A model generated the notes under the pieces. It was not told the origin of the DNA. It searched no databases and saw nothing but the letters and a program-made list of their open reading frames with translations. From Candidatus Nanohaloarchaea archaeon (GTDB taxonomy: Archaea; Nanohalarchaeota; Nanosalinia; Nanosalinales; Nanosalinaceae): a stretch of 64,000 nt of DNA. The stretch lies in contig CP046106.1 of the NCBI GenBank assembly GCA_013343275.1, forward strand, positions 64,001 to 128,000. The letters run 5' to 3'. Positions 59,335 to 64,000 of this stretch are shown here, in pieces. A program made the position numbers and the translations under genes. Numbering within the stretch: position 1 is the first letter of the stretch; every line of letters starts with the position of its first letter.

Positions 59335-59394
59335 TCAACCTCTCTGTTCAATTACTGTAAAGTTCTTATAAGGACCTTCTTCGCCTTCTAAAAT

Positions 59395-60831
59395 ATGGAT
59401 AAAACAAAAGCAGAAGGCGTAAAGAGGGCAAAAATGGCATTTGACTCACTGGGGCAAACTAATCAAAAACTCGCAAAGAATCCAGATCTATCAGAGCATA
59501 ACAAAGAGGTTCTGGATGACTTCTTCAGAAAATCCAGAAGTGGAGGAGCAGGCTCTGCAACACTAAGAGACTACAGCTCCAGGTTCAACAAACTAGCAGA
59601 AGAAATAGATTTCCAGTTAGATAATCCCTCCCAGAGAGACTTAGAGGAATTAGTATCTAAGTTCAATACTGATGAGATCAGGAAAAACAATGGAGAGAAA
59701 TACTCAGACTACTCAAAGGATAAATTCTGGTCCACACTTTCTAAGTTCTACAACTGGTTCATCAAGAAAGAAGGCAAAGGATACAATGAGGACATAGATG
59801 GGCCTAACCTGCTAGAGGACCTGGAAATCAGTATAGATCTCTCAACAGAAGTAGATCCTGATACCAAACCCTCACCTGAACAGGTAAAGAAGGTAGCAAA
59901 CCACGCTAACAACCTGAGAGACAGAGCAATAATCCTGTTCTGTTGGGCTACAGGAACTAGAGTTGGAGAAGTTTTCACAACTCAATATGATGATGAACCT
60001 TTGACCTGGAGGGACATAGATTTCAATGGAGACAAAATGTGGGTGACTGTGGATGGCAAGACAGGGGAGAGAACCATCCCTGTAAAGACTTCCATGCCTG
60101 TTATGAAAGAGCTATGGGAGGAAAGCAATGCCTCACTGGATGACCCTGTCTTCTTCAAGCAGAATAGAACCTATTGCTGTCCCAAATGCTCAGGAGAAGT
60201 CAACTTAGCTTCAAGCAACACCACTAAAGAATACAAGAAATACAAATGCCCTGCCTGTGAATGGGAAGGAGACTATTCTCAGGTAGAGAAAGAAGTTCAA
60301 CCACTTACAGATAATGCAGTGAGAAGAATCCTGGAGAGAACTGTAGAAAGAGCAGGCCTAAATAATGAGCTTGATGATAATCCTCATGACTTTTTCAGGA
60401 AAGCCAGAGCTATATACAAGGTTAGAATAGGGAATACAGAGCATCAGCTCAGAGCTTTCTTTGGATGGAGTGAAACCAGTGATGCACCAAAACACTACAT
60501 TGCCCTGGTAAAAGAAGATCTAGAAAAGGCCCTGGCAGAGGAATATGGAGAAGAAGTAGAGTATGAAAATGGATATGATGAAGATGCATTAAGGCCTGTA
60601 GAATGTGAGAACTGTGGCAAGATCTGCTCTGCTACTGAAGACATCTGCAAAGACTGTGGTAATGGATTGACAGAGCAAGGAGAAGAACTCACTCAAGATA
60701 GTTCAGATGATCAGGATATGAGAGATTCCTTCATTGATATTGCCAGGGAGAGAGGGATGGATACAGAGGACTTTGATGAGATGCTAGACATGTCTGTAGC
60801 AGAGTTCATGGAGTTCATGGCAGAAAATTAA
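59395..60831 (+). CDS. int: tyrosine recombinase/integrase with zinc ribbons (SNJ2-like)
   Basis: GTRVGE (R), DGKTG (K), PHDFFRK (H..R), FFGW, PKHY (Y); CPKC..CPAC insertion and C-terminal CENC..CKDC. Confidence 0.92.
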   Translation: MDKTKAEGVKRAKMAFDSLGQTNQKLAKNPDLSEHNKEVLDDFFRKSRSGGAGSATLRDYSSRFNKLAEEIDFQLDNPSQRDLEELVSKFNTDEIRKNNGEKYSDYSKDKFWSTLSKFYNWFIKKEGKGYNEDIDGPNLLEDLEISIDLSTEVDPDTKPSPEQVKKVANHANNLRDRAIILFCWATGTRVGEVFTTQYDDEPLTWRDIDFNGDKMWVTVDGKTGERTIPVKTSMPVMKELWEESNASLDDPVFFKQNRTYCCPKCSGEVNLASSNTTKEYKKYKCPACEWEGDYSQVEKEVQPLTDNAVRRILERTVERAGLNNELDDNPHDFFRKARAIYKVRIGNTEHQLRAFFGWSETSDAPKHYIALVKEDLEKALAEEYGEEVEYENGYDEDALRPVECENCGKICSATEDICKDCGNGLTEQGEELTQDSSDDQDMRDSFIDIARERGMDTEDFDEMLDMSVAEFMEFMAEN

Positions 60832-61427
60832 TCTATTCCTATGTTAGGAGCAACTGAAACTTCTTCTAAATCATCTATTTCTATTTTTTGTCTAACCCCT
60901 TTTCCTTTCAAAGGTTTAACTACCAGGTAAACTTCTTCTCCTTCTCTATTTAGAGGTTGTCTCTTCTTTATTTGTTCTTTATCGTGTTTGGAGTTATTTT
61001 CAGAATTGTGGGAATAATAATCTCCCTCTATTTTAACTATGCTAAACGCCTCTGCAGTTTCTCCTGAATAAATGTCTCTTTTTCTTTTGTAACCTGGATC
61101 TAGATGAAATTCGTCAAAAACTAGAAATGTCTTCTGCCTGCTTCCTTTACTATTAGGTCCATGTTTGATGTATAGATAAGCCTTGCACTTTTCAGCAGTA
61201 TTCCTTTCTATTATAGATAAACCTCTTGTATTCTTGATCCCAAAAGAGAATTTCTCTATAGTGCCATCCTCAACTGATATATTTCTCTTATATACCTTTT
61301 CAAGCTCTAGCTTTGGCCTTTTAAGCCATTCATTGATGAATACAGATACAAATGCACTAACAAATATTGTGATTACTGAGCTAATTCCTATGCTACTTGT
61401 TGCCAGAACTAATAGATCATCAATCAA
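60828..61427 (-). CDS. hypothetical protein, N-terminal TM plus beta-rich domain
   Basis: 199 aa, basic, AT-rich. Confidence 0.65.
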   Translation of the reverse strand: MIDDLLVLATSSIGISSVITIFVSAFVSVFINEWLKRPKLELEKVYKRNISVEDGTIEKFSFGIKNTRGLSIIERNTAEKCKAYLYIKHGPNSKGSRQKTFLVFDEFHLDPGYKRKRDIYSGETAEAFSIVKIEGDYYSHNSENNSKHDKEQIKKRQPLNREGEEVYLVVKPLKGKGVRQKIEIDDLEEVSVAPNIGID

Positions 61428-62095
61428 GGGTTGCCCTCCTGATTTAACTCATCAACCATTGAATCCTCAATTCCAAACCAGCTCTCATAAATTTTAATTG
61501 CCTGATCAACTCGATCATAACTATCTATACCTTTGTCATTCTCAGGTGAGAAGGCCTCTATGTTGTGAGCATAGTCGTTCCTATACATTCTTATTTCATT
61601 CATTACTGAATACTCATTTTCTGAGAGAATACCATGAATCCTAGCTAGAGTTAACTTTCTTTCAAAATTCATATCGTCAAGGAATGAAGTGGAGCCATTG
61701 GTTCCTTTTTCCTCTTTCACCTCTTCCATGTGTTCTTCCAGGCTTTCTGTGACAGCAGACTCAAAGAAAGTTGAAAGCAAGATAACTACTACACTGTATT
61801 CCTCTCTCAAGTAGGATTGCTTTAGAGTATTATAGTGCCAATGTTTGGGTTCAAGTTCTAGAGAACCTAAAATTTCAGAGAAATCTGGGATATCAGGGAC
61901 TAAAAGACTAGGATCTGGTATAGCCTTGGACATCTGGTCTAAAGAGTTCTGCATCTTTAAGGCTCCATGAAGTGCATCTCCAGATTGTAAGGCTCTATGA
62001 ATTACATCCATCTGGCTTTGGAGATTATTTATACCTGCTAGAAAGTTAGAATTTGAACTATTATTTTCGTTGTCTTCTGAATTATTTTCTGTCAT
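61424..62095 (-). CDS. HEPN-domain protein (candidate RNase)
   Basis: FFESAV helix plus IRMYRNDYAH (RxxxxH). Confidence 0.65.
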   Translation of the reverse strand: MTENNSEDNENNSSNSNFLAGINNLQSQMDVIHRALQSGDALHGALKMQNSLDQMSKAIPDPSLLVPDIPDFSEILGSLELEPKHWHYNTLKQSYLREEYSVVVILLSTFFESAVTESLEEHMEEVKEEKGTNGSTSFLDDMNFERKLTLARIHGILSENEYSVMNEIRMYRNDYAHNIEAFSPENDKGIDSYDRVDQAIKIYESWFGIEDSMVDELNQEGNP

Positions 62096-62544
62096 TTAGA
62101 CACCTCTTGATGGTTTTTCTCCACTAAGATAAATCCTACTAATCCTGCTAAGAGGACTAATAGAATCATAATTACTCGAATAAGCAAAGCTAAGAATTCT
62201 CCAAGTAGCTCTCCTGTTGTACCTAACGATCCAATCTCATAGCTGGATGAGGTAGAGACAATTATTCCTCCTGCTACACCTGCTACAATGCTTTTGGCAT
62301 ATTTTAGAGTTTCTTCTGTGAAATCATGGTATATATCGAAGATTGAAAGATTTAGCTGAACAAGAGCTGAACTTAATGAGAGTACTACTAAAAAGACAGC
62401 AAGATATATTGCTAAAACTGGAGGTATAACTTCTGGGAAATATTTAGCTCCTATATAGAGTAATCCTTCGATTAATGCAAAAATTATCAGTACCTTGGTA
62501 AATATAGAGAGTTCTAAGTTCTTCAGCCTGCTAGAGATATTCAC
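62092..62544 (-). CDS. hypothetical 4-TM membrane protein
   Basis: 150 aa, hydrophobic; stop overlaps next start. Confidence 0.65.
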   Translation of the reverse strand: MNISSRLKNLELSIFTKVLIIFALIEGLLYIGAKYFPEVIPPVLAIYLAVFLVVLSLSSALVQLNLSIFDIYHDFTEETLKYAKSIVAGVAGGIIVSTSSSYEIGSLGTTGELLGEFLALLIRVIMILLVLLAGLVGFILVEKNHQEVSK

Positions 62545-62652
62545 AAATGGTAATTGAAACTATACTATTTTCAGTTTTTACATGGAATAAGCTAAAAGCT
62601 CCTTCTTTATGGTAGGAGCAGATATTAGTTAGTTTATAATGAATTAATCTAT

Positions 62653-63774
62653 ATGGTTGAGGAGCAATTTAAGAAAAATCCTGTTGAGGTTGTTGAGAAA
62701 AATTTAGATGAGATCTCTCAGGACATGGAAGATCTAGATAAATGGGAGAGAGAATTATTTTCTAGTATAAGTCATGAGGGCAGAGTAAGACCTTCCAGCG
62801 TGGAGAAAAGTATGGAGGCAGGAATTATTGGAGTCCCAATGGATGAAGAAGAGGAAAAGATTATTGAAAATATTATAGAGACAGTTGAGGAAAGTATATT
62901 GCCGAAATTAACTACTATAGATAATCTTTCAGAAAGATTTGCTGTTTACAGAAACAAAGATTCTGGATCTTTGGAAGAATTTGGAAGTCTGTGGGGTAAG
63001 GTAAGCAGTTTGAAGTCTCATGAGTTTGAAGCGTATCTAAAATCCTATTATGATTTGAAGCAAAAAGGTGAAACTAAGTTTGTACCTTATGACTTAGCAA
63101 GGATAAAAAATGATTTTTTTGAGTTTAGTAAGACATTCAAATCAAGATACAAAGGCAGAAATATTGGTAAGAGAGATTTGATACGCACAGAGGACATAGC
63201 TAATATGAAAGAGAGCATAAGTAGGAGTGCTAATGAGAGTTGCTTATCACTGTATAAGAGAAAGTATGGGCAAGATGCACTTCCAGAATTGGAAAAGAGA
63301 CTGACAATGACTGACAATTATAATCATAATGAGGTAGAGGAGGCACTAAAGGACTTATTTTGGATAACTGGAATGAGAACTATCAGGGTAGGAGGAGAAA
63401 ATAGGCCTGGTTCAGATCTGGATGTAATATCTTTCTCTGTAGTTGATGATTTTGGGGTTGCTGTCGAATCTACATCAGGTAATCTCTCAGAAAAGAAGGT
63501 GGGGCAACTACTTAAGCATCCTTCAAAACTACAAAGGGAGCTTGAATCTAAGGTCTATCCCTTGCTTGTTTGTCATGACTATGATGACTTAGAAAATCTT
63601 GATATTGGGGAAAAAGAAGGTTTGAGAAAATGTGCTGAGAATAATGTGGCTATATGGACAAAAGAAACTCTAGAAGAAATACTGGGCCGTCTTGCAACAG
63701 GCAGGCTCAGGCCTGACGGCATTAAGGACTTGTTGGAAGCGTCCATCCCTAATTCTGGAGCTAAAGGCAACTAG
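62653..63774 (+). CDS. protein with a C-terminal Mrr-like PD-(D/E)xK nuclease domain
   Basis: EEALKDLF...G...GGENRPGSDLDVI...VAVEST; IWT...L at the domain end. Confidence 0.6.
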   Translation: MVEEQFKKNPVEVVEKNLDEISQDMEDLDKWERELFSSISHEGRVRPSSVEKSMEAGIIGVPMDEEEEKIIENIIETVEESILPKLTTIDNLSERFAVYRNKDSGSLEEFGSLWGKVSSLKSHEFEAYLKSYYDLKQKGETKFVPYDLARIKNDFFEFSKTFKSRYKGRNIGKRDLIRTEDIANMKESISRSANESCLSLYKRKYGQDALPELEKRLTMTDNYNHNEVEEALKDLFWITGMRTIRVGGENRPGSDLDVISFSVVDDFGVAVESTSGNLSEKKVGQLLKHPSKLQRELESKVYPLLVCHDYDDLENLDIGEKEGLRKCAENNVAIWTKETLEEILGRLATGRLRPDGIKDLLEASIPNSGAKGN

Positions 63775-64000
63775 CTCTCTTTGTCGAAGAAGGACTCCAG
63801 ATCTGCAGTTGCCTTAACCTTCTCTGTGGTAGTTCCTTGATTGTCTCTTATATTGAATTTCAGGGTGAATGTGAGGGCCTTAAAATCTTCCACAATTTTT
63901 CCATGATGTCTCACTGCTCCTGCAGGGAGAACTACTTTTCCTCTTATATGATCTAAGCTCTGAATAGTGTCTCCAATACCTTTGCTCTTTCTGCGAATCT
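63771..64000 (-). CDS. partial hypothetical protein (C-terminus only)
   Basis: Open frame ...IRRKSKGIGDTIQ...ADLESFFDKES* running in from the window edge. Confidence 0.55.
   Translation of the reverse strand, partial: IRRKSKGIGDTIQSLDHIRGKVVLPAGAVRHHGKIVEDFKALTFTLKFNIRDNQGTTTEKVKATADLESFFDKES

Larger units (their letters stand above)
59335..64000. mobile_element. integrated element (provirus or genomic island) at tRNA-Ile, continuing beyond the window
   Basis: Integrase 60 bp after the tRNA; abrupt AT enrichment and CpG loss; accessory cargo. Confidence 0.85.

Noticed and set aside
1-64000. CRISPR array, rRNA, IS elements
   Set aside because: No regularly spaced repeats, rRNA-like tract, transposase or terminal inverted repeats seen.

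Overview
A gene-dense archaeal chromosome segment with a strongly acidic proteome, moderate GC, very short intergenic gaps, a single HMf-type histone and GGTGA/AGGTGT Shine-Dalgarno sites. This best fits a nanohaloarchaeon (DPANN); the taxon is my inference. The left end holds an NAD-salvage operon (pncB-pncA-orf-nrtR) with two candidate NrtR operators, a photolyase, a GT2 glycosyltransferase and a surface protein. Next come a MoxR/DUF58 operon, two large uncharacterised proteins transcribed away from it, a nucleotidyltransferase-HEPN-like fusion, and the complete A1Ao ATPase operon (H-I-K-E-C-F-A-B-D). The middle is mostly information-processing genes: Trm1, TFB, Nob1, histone, aIF5A, CCA enzyme, Adk, Elp3, TrmB, DNA ligase, L15e, Rpp30, Pop5, TBP, MCM, RPA, aIF2b, Nth, aVLRF1, SSB, DRG, S8e, Lsm, L37e. 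The right end has tRNA-Lys and tRNA-Ile, then an integrated AT-rich, CpG-depleted element with a zinc-ribbon tyrosine integrase and HEPN/Mrr-like cargo. Most notable: (1) unannotated mini-cistrons that carry hairpin-sequestered ribosome-binding sites upstream of exactly the high-copy ATPase subunits K, A and B; (2) window-wide over-representation of the palindrome AGGCCT; (3) the uncharacterised MoxR/TIM-barrel/NTase locus; (4) the candidate defence cassette in the island. All product calls come from motifs read by eye, with no database searches.
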